NCBI GenBank assembly: GCA_051294375.1
Contig: CM119268.1
Location: 4,726,666-4,790,665 of the forward strand
Source of the DNA: Paraspadella gotoi
Lineage: Eukaryota > Animalia > Chaetognatha
Direction: 5' to 3'
DNA length: 64,000 bases
Part shown: piece after piece, positions 13,614 through 27,599 of the stretch
Layout: each line of letters begins with the position of its first letter
Position numbering within the stretch: position 1 is the stretch's first letter
The notes under the pieces: model-generated
Told to the model about the DNA's origin: nothing
What the model saw: only the letters and a program-made list of their open reading frames with translations
The model's database searches: none
Translations under genes and position numbers: made by a program

Positions 13614-15981
13614 CTAATTCCAGTTATAAGTGGGATACATTGGCTTAAACGGATCCGACCTCATATGATCCCCGTCGTCGTCGTCCTTCAACGTCGACGC
13701 ATCCGCGAAGCATTCGTTGTACGAAGGCGGTGGCATGTCGGGATAAGGCGCCGCCACGGTGGGCGCCGTCGGCTCTAAAGGCGGCGCCGCAGGTGTCGCC
13801 ATCATCGGCGGTGGCGCCGCGCCCATCGCGCCGTAGTTAGTGTTGAAATCGGCGCCGTATCCCGGCATGGGCTGAGCCGGGGAAGGGTAAGCGCCCGGCG
13901 CTGGGGCGGGAGGGTATCCGGCGGGCGGCGCTGGTCCTGGGTAAGCAGCTGGGTAAGGCGCCGGGGGCATTCCCGGCCCTGGGGGCATTTGACCGGGAAT
14001 TCCAGGCAAGGGGGGCATTTGGCCCGGCATTCCAGGCCCAGGGGGCATTTGACCCGGCATTACAGGAGTCGGCATCGGTGGAGCGGGACCCATGATTGGC
14101 ATAGAAGGTCCTGGCATAGGGGGAGCTATGTGACTCCACTCGCTCCTTAGGGGGACGTTGCCAATGATGACGGTTGTGTCAACGTCGAGATTCGTTGATC
14201 TTTGGAGGATGACCTGAAGAGGGCGGGAGGGTTGAGGAAAAATAAAAACAAAAGATTCGAGGAAAAGTTATAAAATTTAAATTAAAATAAAATTTTGAAA
14301 ATTAAAAGAATGAAAAAAAAGTTAGGAAATTATAGAATTAAAAGAAAAGTTAGAAAATTAAAAAATTGAAAGAAAAGTTAGAAAATTATAGAATTAAAAT
14401 AAACTTTTTATTTATTTTTAAAAATGGCTCTCTTTTCCGAGAGTTTCCATTTTCGTCCGTTTATCCCAGAATATCTTATTAACCTTATCCATAATTTCTA
14501 ATAATAACCTCTAATCAAAACATTTAATCTTATTCCGAATTAAAGAAGAAATGGAGTGTTCTGGAAAAATACGAAAGGAAAACGGAAGAAGAAAAGAAAA
14601 CGGAGAAAAAACAAGAAAACAAACAAGAAAACAAGCATAACTTACCACCAATTTTATTTTGTACTTGATTATAATAAAATCGCAGTAAATTAATTCAGAC
14701 GAAGGAACGGGTGGAACCTGTGAACGAAACCCATTTTAAAATGGGAACAAATATACACATTTATTTATACATTGTACGTACAATTAATCAGTAGCGGTGA
14801 TTCTTTCAACGAACCTCCAACTGACAGGCGATGTGTTGCTCTTCCCCTTCGGGAATTTCTTCGCTACTTTCGTAAGAGGCCAACGTCGTATTCTCTTCTC
14901 TCTCATGAGTTCCCCTGTGGCCGTGGGCGATGTATGTTATTTCCTACGTATATTATTTATTTATTATTAAAATTCGAGCGAACAATATGAAAAAATATTC
15001 GTTCGGTAGTAAGAGAAAGAGAGAGTCGATTCGAATTCTTCTTCACTTCTTCTTCATAAAGAATCGAATGAATGAATGAATGAATGAATGAATGAATGAA
15101 TGAATGAATGAATGAATGAATGAATGAATGAATGAATGAATGGGAAAATGAAGAAATGAATAAATGAAGAAATGAAATGGAATGAATAAATGAATAAATG
15201 AAGAAATGAAATGGAATGAATAAATGAATAAATGAAGAAATGAAATGAAGAAATGAAGAAATGAAATGAATGAATGACTGAATGAATGACTGAATGACCC
15301 CAGCCCCACCTGAATGAGTTTCGCCTTCCATCCTTTGACTTTTATCGTCGAAAGATTCGAAATTTCTCCCTGAAAAGGAATTTTTTCTCCAGGGACGAAA
15401 CCGCATCTTCCGGGGATGTTGATCGTTGCTGTGATTGGTCCGGATCTGATTGGTAACGAATGATTGGTTATTGTTCGAAGACTTCAATCAATTCAATCAC
15501 TTACATTCGGCAACTGCAATTTCGTAAGCAGAAACGGATGCTTACTCGCTGCAACAGGAACTCATTCGCAGCAACAGGAAGACAATTGCAGCAACAAGAA
15601 GTAACTTGCTGCAACAGGAGCTCACTTATTTTCAGCAATAAAAGTTTGCTCGCAGCAACAGAAATTCATTCGCAACAACAGAAACCTAAAGGCAGCACCA
15701 GGAACTTACATTCAGCAACTTGTAGCAACTGGAACTTACTTGCAGCAACAGCAGCAGTGATACTTGTGATCCTTATCGGTGGCCGGCTGCATGGCGCGGG
15801 GCACCAGATTTAGATCGTAAAATGTGGCAACGGTGAATGCGGCTTTCGTTTCTTCGTCAAATTTCCAGGGTTTATCGATAGTGGCTTTGCACCAGTAGCG
15901 AATATAGCTGATAAGTTAGTTAAGATAAATATTATTACAAATAATAAAAAAAATATTATTAATAATAATATTAATAATAAT

Positions 15982-16027
<46 letters not shown>

Positions 16028-16320
16028 GACGTAAAATGACTTAATTCCGTGAGTTAATTAGTTAATTCCGATTCGGTTAAGTAATCGAGTTAATCACAGC
16101 ACCGACTTACCCATAATTTTCTCCCTCGAATGAGCAAGGTATGTTTTGCGGCAACAAGAACTGGAAAGGGTAAGTATATTTCCCGGCGGCAAGAACGGGA
16201 TTGTCGGCACTGGAACCTTTGTCGTTTCCGAACACGGTGGTTGTGTTCTCGAAATATTTCGTCCCGTTGTTGTAGTGTCGGTAACTGTGCGTTGGTTGTC
16301 GCCGCTTCCTGAAAAGTGAG

Positions 16321-16394
<74 letters not shown>

Positions 16395-16847
16395 GAGGAG
16401 AGAGAGAGAGAGAAAGAGAGAAAGAGAGAAAGAGAGAGAGAAAAAAAGAAAGAGAGAGAGAGAGAGAAAGAGTGAGAAAGAAACAGAGAGAAAGAGAGAC
16501 TTCTCCCGTTAAACAACAAAACTAATTACAACGTTAACTACATATACATTGTATATTATACAAGGATAATAATAATGATTAATATAAATATTGCCAATTT
16601 AAAAAAAATAATAATTATAATGATATTCATAATTAAAACAATAAAAATTGATCATCCGACAACACTGACCTTCCGTCCTGGATTCCGTCCAATGAACTTT
16701 GGATTTCCCTTCGAATTTAATCCGAATTCCTCTCATTTTCATCGCCTCTTTCAGGGTCACGTGAACGGCTCCGACGACCCATTGACCCGAGAAGAAAACG
16801 GCGGGTGACGTCATGAACTCGATGCGAAATTCTTCCAGCTTGCCCAT
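13614..16847 (-). CDS. ARRDC: Alpha-arrestin (arrestin domain-containing protein), about 7 exons, Pro-rich tail with PPxY
   Basis: Exons encode [99 protein letters not shown] and FKPMYPTY. An apparent 1-nt indel in exon 2 may be a sequencing error. Confidence 0.9.
15066..15297. repeat. (GAAT)n microsatellite and degenerate extension in an ARRDC intron
   Basis: Visible tandem GAAT units. Confidence 0.9.
15540..15750. repeat. Degenerate 20-bp minisatellite (GGAACTTACTTGCAGCAACA) overlapping an ARRDC splice donor
   Basis: About 10 decayed units; the last unit spans the exon end TGCTGCAA|GTAAGTTCC on the minus strand. Confidence 0.7.
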
Positions 16848-17060
16848 GGTCAAAGTAAAAGCTTGGTCGGGGGGAAGTACCCAAAGTGCCGAGAAAACTA
16901 TCGGCGTTCCCTTGTGTTAGGCCTTGTTGAGAATTACAAATTTAACAAGAAAATCACCACAATCGTTTAAAAATTGCACCTACGGTAAAAACCAATCATT
17001 TTAAGTAGTGTATGAAAACGATGAATTACCGAGTATAAAACATTAAAAAACCAAAAGAAA

Positions 17061-18280
17061 TTAAAGATTAGCAAAGTCCAACACTTTTTTGAAGTAATCC
17101 CTCAACTGGGGGAACTCTTCCGCCACAATTTCCAACGCTTCGTCGCACGAGACCAACTCCGTCATCTGCAATCGAGGTTCACCATCGATCGTGATTCGAT
17201 TGAGGAATCGTCGCGGAGTCACGATCACGAAATCTTTGGTCTTTGAACCGATTCCGGAAACGATGAGCAAGTGAGGACCCATGCGGACCTACATTGGTCT
17301 CATATTATGTTCCCACATACATTTATGTCGCGCCGAAATAAATATAAAAAAACGCTAGTCAACTACGGAATTCTTTTTTTTTTAAAAACTACTCAATATT
17401 TTAATCAAGACGCTTTTTAAAACTAACGAATATCAGAAAAAGGAAGCAAGGTCTAAAATGAGTTTTGATGGGAAAATTATCAACGTTAAAAAATAAATAA
17501 TAAATTCATTAGAAAATAACCTGTTTTGACGCTAGATATTTCATTTCTTCAAAGTCGGAAAAATCAATCAAGACGTTAAGTGGGAGCCAATCACCATTGT
17601 TCACTTTATCGAGGTGAGGTATAACTGTTGCTGTGATCTCGTTTTTCTCCACCGCCACTACAATCTTTAGCCTTAATGAGAAAGAAATAAGTGAGTAATA
17701 TCTTATAACGGAGATATCTAAAGTCACTGTGTATTTGAAGTAAACAAAACCGTACGAATACAAACAAAAATATGTACATATTTACTTAAGCACGTACGAA
17801 CACATAAAAGTTTTTCGTTCTCGGCTTTTGTTCTTAATTGGCTAAAATCATTCATTTACTTATTTTATCAATCCTAATTATTCCATCAATCAGCGAATCA
17901 ATCAATCAATCAATCAATCAATCATCCCCTTAATCAGGCAATAAATCAGCCAATCAGCTCGCCAATACTCCACCCAATAAATTTGTCAATTAAGCAGCTC
18001 ATCAATCAGCCAGTAAATCAGCTAATTAACCCTTCAGTACCCCGCCCAATAAATCAGCCACTCAGGCAGCCCATCTGTTCATCACCTCTCCGCTCTCAGA
18101 TCCGCCCACAATTCCTTAGGATCAAAAGAGGGCGCCCAACGCGTCGTCGAGTCGAGGAAGTCGGCGTTGAGGGCCACGCCCATCTCGTCGAAAAAGGCGC
18201 GATATGAGACGAGGGATCCGTGGACGGAAGTTTGGGAGACCGGGGAAGTGGGGTCGAGTCTGGGAGAGAGAAAGGGGTGA

Positions 18281-18324
<44 letters not shown>

Positions 18325-18978
18325 AGGAGGTCTCAGGTATTCAGTTCATAATTAGTACAAAGTATATAAACAAGGTAAACCTTATTAAGCAATAACTTTT
18401 CACCATCTTCTGGATAGATATAATTAACCGATATCTCCCTCACACCTGACTGCGTCGCACAGAGGCACAAAAGTCCCCGCATCGCAGAAAAACGTTTGGC
18501 CTTCAACTTTAACTAGAAGCGCAAAGTGCAGCGCCTCTCGCTTCTTTGATCGAGCAAACGAAAATCCCGACAAGATCCTGGATTCGAACCCCATCGCCGA
18601 CACCAGATCGTGGAGGACCGAGTTGCAGGCGGCGCAACTGCCGCCGAGTCCGTTGAAGATCTCGCGGTCGAAGACATCCTAATCGTTGGTTTTAGATCAA
18701 TAGATCGAATTATCTGTTTTATTGTAGCAAATGGTTATTGTTTTACCTATTAGTATCATTTATCGCATCAGTTCCCAACTCACCTTGGAAATGAGTGGCG
18801 CGCCGTGTCGTCTGATCCCATTGGCAATGTGGATTCTCGTGAAAGGCACATTGGCCTTAAAGGCTCTTACGAGGTCGTTGAAGAAAGTGGCTGGCGAATC
18901 TCGAGAGGCGCGAGCGAAATCAGGGAGTAAAAGTCGTTCCGACAGGAAGCGTGTTTGAGCGAGGGAGAGTTTAGTCAT
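17061..18978 (-). CDS. Arylamine N-acetyltransferase-like protein, copy A (about 5 exons)
   Basis: N-terminal AFKANVPF, then GLGGSC (catalytic Cys), LHFALLV (His) and FCDAG (Asp), matching the NAT Cys-His-Asp triad. C-terminal EIVAEEFP. Confidence 0.75.
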
Positions 18979-19120
18979 TGGTGAGTCTGAGTCAGTGAGT
19001 CAGTGATTGGCGGTTGATGAATCATTTAGGCAATTTCTGTTTTTTTTTTAAGTTAATTAGAGAAAAGAGTAGCCTGTAAAAAGTTCCTAATTAACATTAA
19101 ATAAACAAAACAAACCTTTA

Positions 19121-21027
19121 TCATATATTTGACTGGCCTTGATTTAATTTCTCAAACAAGCTGAAATTGTCCAAGGCTTTTTTGAACAAGTCTGTCAGCG
19201 TGGGGAACTCTTCCCGCACAATCTCCACAGCCTCGTCGAAGGAGGCAAGCTCGATCATTTTCAGCCTTGCCTCTTCATCGCCATTAACGATCCGCTTTGT
19301 GCAGCGGTAGGGCGTCAGTATGACAAAGTCCTTTGTCCGCGCGCCCACGCCGGACACCAGCAGCTTCCGCGTCGGCTGCGTAGTGTTAATATTAGGAATA
19401 TTACGCCTCAGAGAGGATTGAATCCCGTGAAAGTCTGTGAATCCGGTGAGGGCGGAAAATGGAAGCCACGCCCCCTTTGGGACTAAATCAAAGTGAGGAA
19501 TGACGGTGGAAGCAATTTCGTTGTTTTCTACGACGACTAAGAGTTTGAAACTGGGAGGGAAAAGGGGAGGAGGGAAGAGAGGGGGAGAAGTAAAGGGTGG
19601 GGAATAAAAATTAAAATTTGGGGAGAAATTTTAAGGGAAAAAAAATACTTGAAAAAATATAAATGGAGAAAAGCAAGAAACTTTATTTATTTTAATATTT
19701 TTCATAACTTTTTTCTTACAAAAGATTATAAATTCCAAATAAAATCAATGAGCGGCAGAACTCTGGACATCTCTAAACAATGAAGTAATGTCCTGCATCT
19801 CGGGACATAAAATGATTGAGTAAAATCACTAAATGAACTCGCCTCTCGGCCGCTAAATCCGCTCGAAGCTCCCGAGGTGGATAAAAGTTGGCCCAATTGG
19901 TCGAAGGATCAAGAAGTGCAGAGTCGAAACTCTCACCAGCGACGATTCGATGCTGAAGGATGTAGTCGTGGATTCGTGATGCGGAAGTTGAGGACTTCAA
20001 GTCCAACCTAATGTTTCAAAGGTTTATCTTGGGTAAATTATTGATTTATTTAATTCTCTTATCGCGGACAACNNNNNNNNNNGTCCACCATAATTCTTGG
20101 GTAAATTATTAATTTATTTAATTCTCTTATTGCAGACAACTCGGCCTCCCAACCTAATCGCGCCATCGAGCGGGCACGAAAGTCCCGCGTCGCGCAGTAA
20201 TACGTTTCCTCTTCCGCTTTGACGAGGAGCGAAAAGTGAACGGACTCTCTCGTCTTCGAACGAGAGACCGAGAATCCCGACAAGATCCTGGATTCGAACC
20301 CCAGCCCGTCGCCAGGTCGTGGAGGGTCGTATTGATGGAGGCGCAGTTGCCGCCGACGCCGCCAAAGATTCTCGCGATTGAAGAGCTCCTGTAGAATAAA
20401 ATAAATACAGTTTTGTATGCAGTTCTGTTAATTTGATTTATTGACAAATAGACTAACGGACTAAGAGAGAGAAAATAAAAGGTACAGACAGCAACATTAA
20501 AAGATAATGATAAAATCACGACCAACTTCGAAAAATGTCGAAAGACAGAGAGAAAGAAAGAAAGAAAGACAGAGAGAAAGAAAGACGGCAAAAAAAATCA
20601 CGCGAAAATTCTTTCAAAGTCTTTCAAAACAGACAGACATAATAGAGACAGACAGACAGACTTACAAACAGAAACAGACAGACAAAAAGACATAACAGAA
20701 AGAGACAGACGGACAAACAAAGAGAAAGAAAAAAAGACAGAACGTACTGAACAGACTGAGCGTGAGCAGACGGAAGAGACTTAACAGACAGACAGACTAA
20801 ACAGACAGATAATGCGACAACCTTCTCACCTTCGAAGTCTTATACTGTCCATCGTTCTCCATCATCGAGTGAGCGACGTTGACGGTGGAGAAAGGGACGT
20901 AAGTTCGAAAGGCGTTGACGAGGTCGTTGAGAAAAGAAGCGGGAGAATCACGAGCCGATCGAGCGAAGTCTGGGAGGTGAAGTCCTTCGCTCAAGAAGCG
21001 GATTTGAGCGGGAGACAGTTTAGGCAT
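19121..21027 (-). CDS. Arylamine N-acetyltransferase-like protein, copy B (apparent frameshifts in exon 2; pseudogene or assembly error; spans an N gap)
   Basis: Clear paralog of copy A (MPKLSPAQIRFLSE; GVGGNC; VHFSLLV; CDAG; EIVREEFP). Indels near 20190 and 20305. Confidence 0.65.
20073..20082. other. Assembly gap (10 N) with duplicated flanks
   Basis: Run of N; about 45 bp repeated on both sides. Confidence 1.
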
Positions 21028-21033
21028 TTTGGG

Positions 21034-21139
<106 letters not shown>

Positions 21140-21474
21140 AAACAACTTGGTTGGATTTTTTTTCAAAATCTGAAATTGCACCAAATATCACAATTAAACG
21201 TATAAAGTAATGCCCAACCATAATAATTCGTATAGTATAAAATAAAAAAGTCATCGATTTTTGAAATGATCACATTTAAACAAAAATCCGTTCCTATTAC
21301 CTCGATAAATCACAACACAGATTCCAAAAAGAAAATACGGGTGGTTGTAAATGAAAATGAATTTTGCTGACCAGATTTTTTAAATCAAAACAACAACAAC
21401 AAAACTAAAACAAAAACAACAAAAAAATTTATGATAAGAATTACTGTGTTAAATGAAAGTAATTTTTTCTCTAA

Positions 21475-21546
<72 letters not shown>

Positions 21547-21645
21547 TAACCATGACAAAAAAAAATGTTTGGCATTCAGCACTGTAAATCTCATACTCCT
21601 CTCTCCGGTGACGACTTTTTATCTTTTAAGTAATAAAACAATATT

Positions 21646-23391
21646 TTAATAATTAATCAACGTCCCCACAAGACTTGGCCCCGAGTCTCTCCTCTCTCCA
21701 CATTCTCGATGTGATTCAGATTGTCCACGAAGTAATCCGTCAACAGAGGAAAATCCTCGTGGAACAAAGAGACGAGTTCGTCTTTCGTCGATGGAATCCT
21801 CACTTCCGGTTCCTCGTTCGACTCCAGGATGACGCCATCTTTAAAAAAGGATGAAAATGGAATTTGAAATACGATTATTTATTATTATTTATTATTGCAC
21901 TGAACCCGTAATTCGACATTCGGCGTTAAAAAAAAAAACAATCGAGAGTTCTCATTGGTCCGCTTGTCACCAAGCAGTCGTGAATTGATTGCCAGCTCAC
22001 AATCCTCTCCGTCCTGGTTTTTCACTTACCTCTCACTCCATCCTGATTGGCTCCCACTTTTACATTTCTCCTCCTTATGATTGGCTCCCTCTCGCCTTCG
22101 ATCTCATAGTGATTGGTTTTCTTAGCTAATCAACCCCGTCGTGATTGCCTCCCCCACCTCACCTCCGGACCCCAATATGATTAGCTACCCCCAAGCTTAC
22201 CTCCCACCCCGTCGTGATTGGTTCCCCGGCACCGAACCCTTTGATCTCTAGTGTAGACGACGAAATCTCCCGATGTTCGACTGAAACCGGAAGTGAGACA
22301 CAATAGAGACGCAGAGAAAGAAACGGGGCGGCCGACGGTCTCGTCTATGAGGTCGCCGAATTTGATGGGGTTAAAGGACGGAACGATGTAGTAGCTGTAG
22401 TTGATGGGGGGGAGGTTGATTTTGATTTTGATTTTGCTCGCTTTAATTAGATAAGTAAATCTATCGAGTAATTAAGTTTTTGATTGATTGATTCATTGAA
22501 CTTACGGGACCAAATCCCCGTCCTTCACGTTCTTCATCGATGGAATCACGGTTTCCATGACGACGTCTTTGGCGAAGACGGAAACCAACGCCGGTCCTGA
22601 CCTCAATTCGCCCAAAAGCGCCGCCCAATCGAAATTGGGAGAAAATCGCGCCTCTTTTGGAAATTCTGGGTCTTTGCCGGCGGCGGCGTCTCTCGTGGCG
22701 GCGTTAATGACGCCGTCGAAACCGGCGTTGCTGTAGAATCGGTGACTGAAGAGGAAAAAAAAACATTATGACGGTTATTAAAATCATTAATTTAATATTT
22801 TTTTTTAAAATAACACAAAAATATTTTATCAAGATAAAAATCAGTCAAGAAATTGGTTCCGCGTTTGTATATACGTACACGTAAACAATTTTTTTTTTTT
22901 TTAAAATACAGTGTTTCACCGAATTTGTCAGCATTTCACGGGGTTTGACGCAAAAAGACAACAAATATACCTAAGATGAATGTCCTTCACGGGATCAGAC
23001 GCGAGACCCGCAGACATCATGTTCATTTTAACGGGTCTCATGTGTGGAGGCCACATTCCGACGTCAACGTTGATAACATCTTTTTTTTCTTTTAAAAGAA
23101 AGAAACTTGAGGGGAGTCGTTCGGTGGGGAGAATGTCAGTTAGGCCCAGTTTGAACAACCCTCGCCTCCTCTTCTCGATCTCATCATTCTCCCTCTCTCT
23201 CCAACAGTCATTCATTCTCTCTCTCTCTCTCTCTCTCATCTCTCATCTCACTCTTCTCTTTCTCTTTTTCTTTCCCTCTCTCCTGTCTCTCTCTTCTCAC
23301 CTTCCACGCTCTTAACAAAAACGGAGACTCTCTCTATCTTCTCCCCGCTTCCCCTTTCTCTCTCACTCTCCTCACTCTCACTCTCCTCCAC

Positions 23392-23422
<31 letters not shown>

Positions 23423-24566
23423 CTCTCTCTCCAATCATACCTTCACTTTATTAAACAAACCAATCGAGATGATAGTATTTTGCATCAGAAATCATACGAT
23501 TTACTTCATTTTATCACGTCTCTCCACACTCATCCTCTCTCCTCTCGAATCCCATCCCCTCTCCGTCTCTCTCGCAAGCCGGTCCACTGTTTTACCTCTT
23601 TTTCACAAAGACAGACACGTGAAACGCGTCCCGACGCTGATTTCTCGCAGCAACGAACCCTGTAACCAAATCAGCGTCGAATCCAACAGAAGAAAGAAAT
23701 CGTTGGGCGAAGGAGTTATTGTAGCCGCAGGGTCCGCCGCGGCCGCTGTGGATCTTGAGGGAGGAAAATAAAGTAAGGAATCAAAGGGAGGGTGAGAATT
23801 TTTGTTGATGGGGGAATGATAGTAATGAACATTTACATTATGAAAAAAAAATTGAATTCAAAAAACAAAAATATAATGCCAATCAAACATTAAAGTACAG
23901 TAGAAGCATTAGAGCTTATGTGTCAAAAGCTCCAGATAGTTTTTTTTTTAATGATTATTAAACGTTTTTCCAATGCCGACTTTATTAGAGATAAATATGG
24001 TACACTGTAGTGGTATTCAGAAACTACCTCACGTACTATACCGAATGTTTCTTCTTTACCTAACTCAGGGCATAAGCAATATTATTACATTGTTTATGTG
24101 TTTAAATTTTAAATAATTGTACTAATCACCATCCACCTATTCATCACATAATAACCAGAATAAATTTCATGTCACAACAGCCCCACCCAAACTTCACGCA
24201 CATCCTCACTCACACTTCACACCCACATCCTAAAGCACACTCTCAGTCTCTCACCCACATCTTCACCCTTCACCCACACTTTCAACCACATCTTCACCCA
24301 TACTCTCGCCAACATCCTCAACGCCCCACCCCTCGCCAACAAACCTCTTCATCTATAAAGTCCGTGGAGGTCTCCAGGCCACGCCCGTTCCTCGCCAAGT
24401 TGGACGCAATCCCCAAAGTCTGAAAGGGAATGTGGAGGCGAAAGCCGCGGACGAAGGCGTCGAGGAAGCCGAGTGGATCGTCGAGTAGGAGTCTCTCCGG
24501 ATCCTTCAAGAGAAGGCGCTCCGTCAGGAAGCGTGTTTGGCTCGCGGAAGGGAGCTTAGGACGCAT
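21646..24566 (-). CDS. Arylamine N-acetyltransferase-like protein, copy C (multi-exon, more divergent)
   Basis: MRPKLPSASQTRFLTERLLL, FRLHIPFQT, GRGGPCGYNN, FHVSVFV, VDVG, C-terminal LFHEDFP. Confidence 0.7.
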
Positions 24567-24796
24567 GGCGTGGATGCGCCGATGGTTAATTTTATTAAAT
24601 GAGCAATGAAATAAAATGTTTAACTGAAAAAGTCGTACTGTTTTTGAGCGTGGAAGTCATGGCACTTTTTTTTTAAAAATGAGGTATTCAGCGGGATTTG
24701 AATGTACGGCGCGGATTGTTTATGACAGAGAGTGAGAGAACGCTGGTCGGTTAGTCTGTAGCTTTCCATGAAATCAGTAATTTTATTTACATTTTA

Positions 24797-25744
24797 CATG
24801 GTGACAATTTTACAAGCGCCGGTAGAAATACGCTGTCATTTGCAAACCAGTGATTATTTCATTGATTTTAAAAATTAGTTGAGTAGAACATATTAAAGTC
24901 ATTTATGTGTTTAAATTTTATATTGATCAGTTAAGATATGCCTTAGCAATGAGTGGAGAAAGTTGGCTTGTAAAATCGGGTTTCATTTTCCTACTCACTT
25001 TTTATAGATTCAATTTTTTTTTCTTACTTTCAATAAATCTTCGGAAGAAATTTGAAATAAAATAATATTAATATTATTATCTTCTGAAAGCCCTCTCAAA
25101 TCTAAAGAGAATGACATACTTGCAAATACTGTAGTATAAAATTTAACCGGCCCAGCTTTAATTTAATTAGGATACTCAAAAACAAGACATATTTCCAAAA
25201 ATCAATAGCTGGAGGGTAAATTTAAGATTTTTATCAAATTGTGATTGGTTATCTTAAATCTTTTTTTTTCATGATACTTATATAAATAATAATATTTTAT
25301 GTTATAATAATTTAATCAGGTCATATATTTTAAAAAAGATTAGAAATTTTAGATAATTAACTTTTGACTCTCTTAATTGAACCAAGGCTGGGCAGCTTAA
25401 TTTTTATGTTAGAGCTTTCGTAAGTATATCATTCTCTTCATTTTTTAAGGGCTTTCTGAGGATATTAATATTGTTAATATTATAATAAATACTTTGTTTA
25501 AAAAAGAGCTAGAAGTTGAAAAAAAAATTGAATTTAAAAACAGTGAGTTGGAAAATAAAACCCGATTTTACAAGCCAACTTTCTCCACTCATTACCAAGG
25601 CATATCTTAACTGATCAATATAAAATTTGAACACATAAATGACTTTAATATGTTCTACTTAACTATTTTTTAAAATTAATGAAATAACCACTGGTTTGCA
25701 AATGACAGCGTATTTCTACCGGCGCTTGTAAAATTGTCACCATG
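24797..25744. mobile_element. Foldback MITE with long TIRs, TA target (Tc1/mariner-like)
   Basis: TA|CATGGTGACAATTTTACAAGCGCCGGTAG...CTACCGGCGCTTGTAAAATTGTCACCATG|TA. Inverted similarity extends for several hundred bp. Confidence 0.9.
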
Positions 25745-26879
25745 TACGTAAGGCCGATTGGGCACAAAATGCTAATTGTTTCTTTCCTTTAAAGAAATAC
25801 TCTGTTATAAAAAAAATAAACAAAACATAAAAAATAATAAAACAACATATAACATTGATCATCAATACATGCCAAAGTAAAGTTTAATATATTTTCATTC
25901 TGTCAAAGTTGAATAACAAAAACTCAATGTAATCACTTGTACTCGGTCCCCACCCCGACTTTTCTTCTTCTCCCCCCTTACCCCCCTTCCTCCCTCTCTC
26001 CTTCCCCATCTCCCTCTCTCTCTTCCCCATCTCCCTCTCTCTTCCCCCCTCCACAACGATACGAGAGCCGTTAACATTATTGGGATTTATTACGAGTGTA
26101 ATAACCAGCCGTGACCGTTGAGTTTGTAGTACAAAAAGTTTAGTGGTGTGTGATGGGGATATTTAAAGGTTAAGGTCGGGAATTTGAATTAGGAATGCTC
26201 GATCCCGACGAAATAGGAACTTCTGATTCTACCCAAGTAATACAAATTGACGTCATTTACCAAAAAAAAGTCGTGAACTTAACGATACGTTGGTCCTGTA
26301 ATTTAATCAAAACTAAGAAAACTCGATACTGTCAGAATACTGAGGTGCAACCGAAATAAATGACGGTTGTGTATTTTTTTTTTGTTTTTCAGTCAATTGT
26401 AATTGTAAACGATTTGTACCTCGGTAATTTGATCGCTTGTAACTTCAGTTCAACCGTGGCCGCGTTGAATCGTTTTACCTTTCTGTTTCCTTTTAATATT
26501 GTTTCACCTTGATTATTATAATTGATGATACAAAAATTGAAAAGCTTACCTTTGATGAAATAGAAAGTGAAAATAAAACGGAAACAAAACGAAATCCCGT
26601 TTCACTTTCGCCCATCAAACTCGCTAACGTTCCATTTTTAATTAAGAACCCAAATGCGGAATCAAATTTGTTTGAATAGGAGGTTTTTTTTTTCTTAACA
26701 AAGGAAAACAAATGGTGTAATTCAATTGATGGAGATCGTCCTGGAGGAGTGGGACGGGATGATTCAATCGAGGTGGGCGGGGGACCTGCATACAACGTCG
26801 TGGGTCCATTCATTCATTCATCCATTCATTCATCCCTTCATTCACATGAGACCAAGCTTTGGAGTGATCAAGTTATTGC

Positions 26880-27578
26880 GTGAGAATTTTTAGTAAAATG
26901 TTTGTTTATGTATTGGACCCAAAATAAAATTGTGAGTAATTTCACCTTTTCTTTCCAACTATTTTGCCAAGAGTTTCGATTTATTCTCAAAACAATTTAT
27001 TTTTGCTACAATTTTTATATTCGATGCAGCGCAGATTTATTTTTATCCTCGATTTACTTTTCCGCAATTTAGCTATATGTGATCAATTGTAATACTGTTA
27101 TAACCATTGAGATTATTTGTGCTACTGCCTTACATGTGATCATTTGTATTCATTGTTTAGCATGCTCATCATGTTACAAAATTTGTTTTTTTTTAAGGGG
27201 GGAGATGTTAGTAATAGTTTAATTAGCTTCCAATTTAGTAATTAACTTCCTTTCAAATTTTGTCTCTCTTAATTCTGTAGATTCCAAAGTTTAATATTTC
27301 TGAGAATAGAAGACCTCGGTATTTATTTTTTTAAACATTTTAATAAGTAGAATAAACAAAGGAAGAGAGACGGGAAGGAGGCAGAGAATTAAGTGCATTC
27401 CATTTTTAGATCTCAAGGGATTAAGACGTAAATTTTAACTTCATTGTAATCATTTAATTAAACTACTCTCTCAATCTACAATTATTTCAGGTACCTTTGA
27501 TAACAAAATTAGACAGATTATGAATAATCCAGCTCTCTATCTGACATCTATTGAGGGCCACAGGTCATGTTACCAACA
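26880..27578 (+). mobile_element. 3' end of an LTR retrotransposon: 3' UTR, polypurine tract and 3' LTR (27206-27578)
   Basis: GGGGGGAGA then TGTTAG...TACCAACA. Homologous to LTRs at 51778 and 56294, and the upstream sequence matches about 56000-56293. Confidence 0.85.
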
Positions 27579-27599
27579 GTTTCTATCGGGAGCGCTGTA

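Noticed and set aside
20025-20140. Direct repeat of about 45 bp
   Set aside because: It flanks an N gap and is most likely a scaffolding overlap artefact.
21950-22230. Repeated TGATTGGCT motifs as a CCAAT promoter cluster
   Set aside because: They lie within a NAT copy C intron and look like a degenerate minisatellite.
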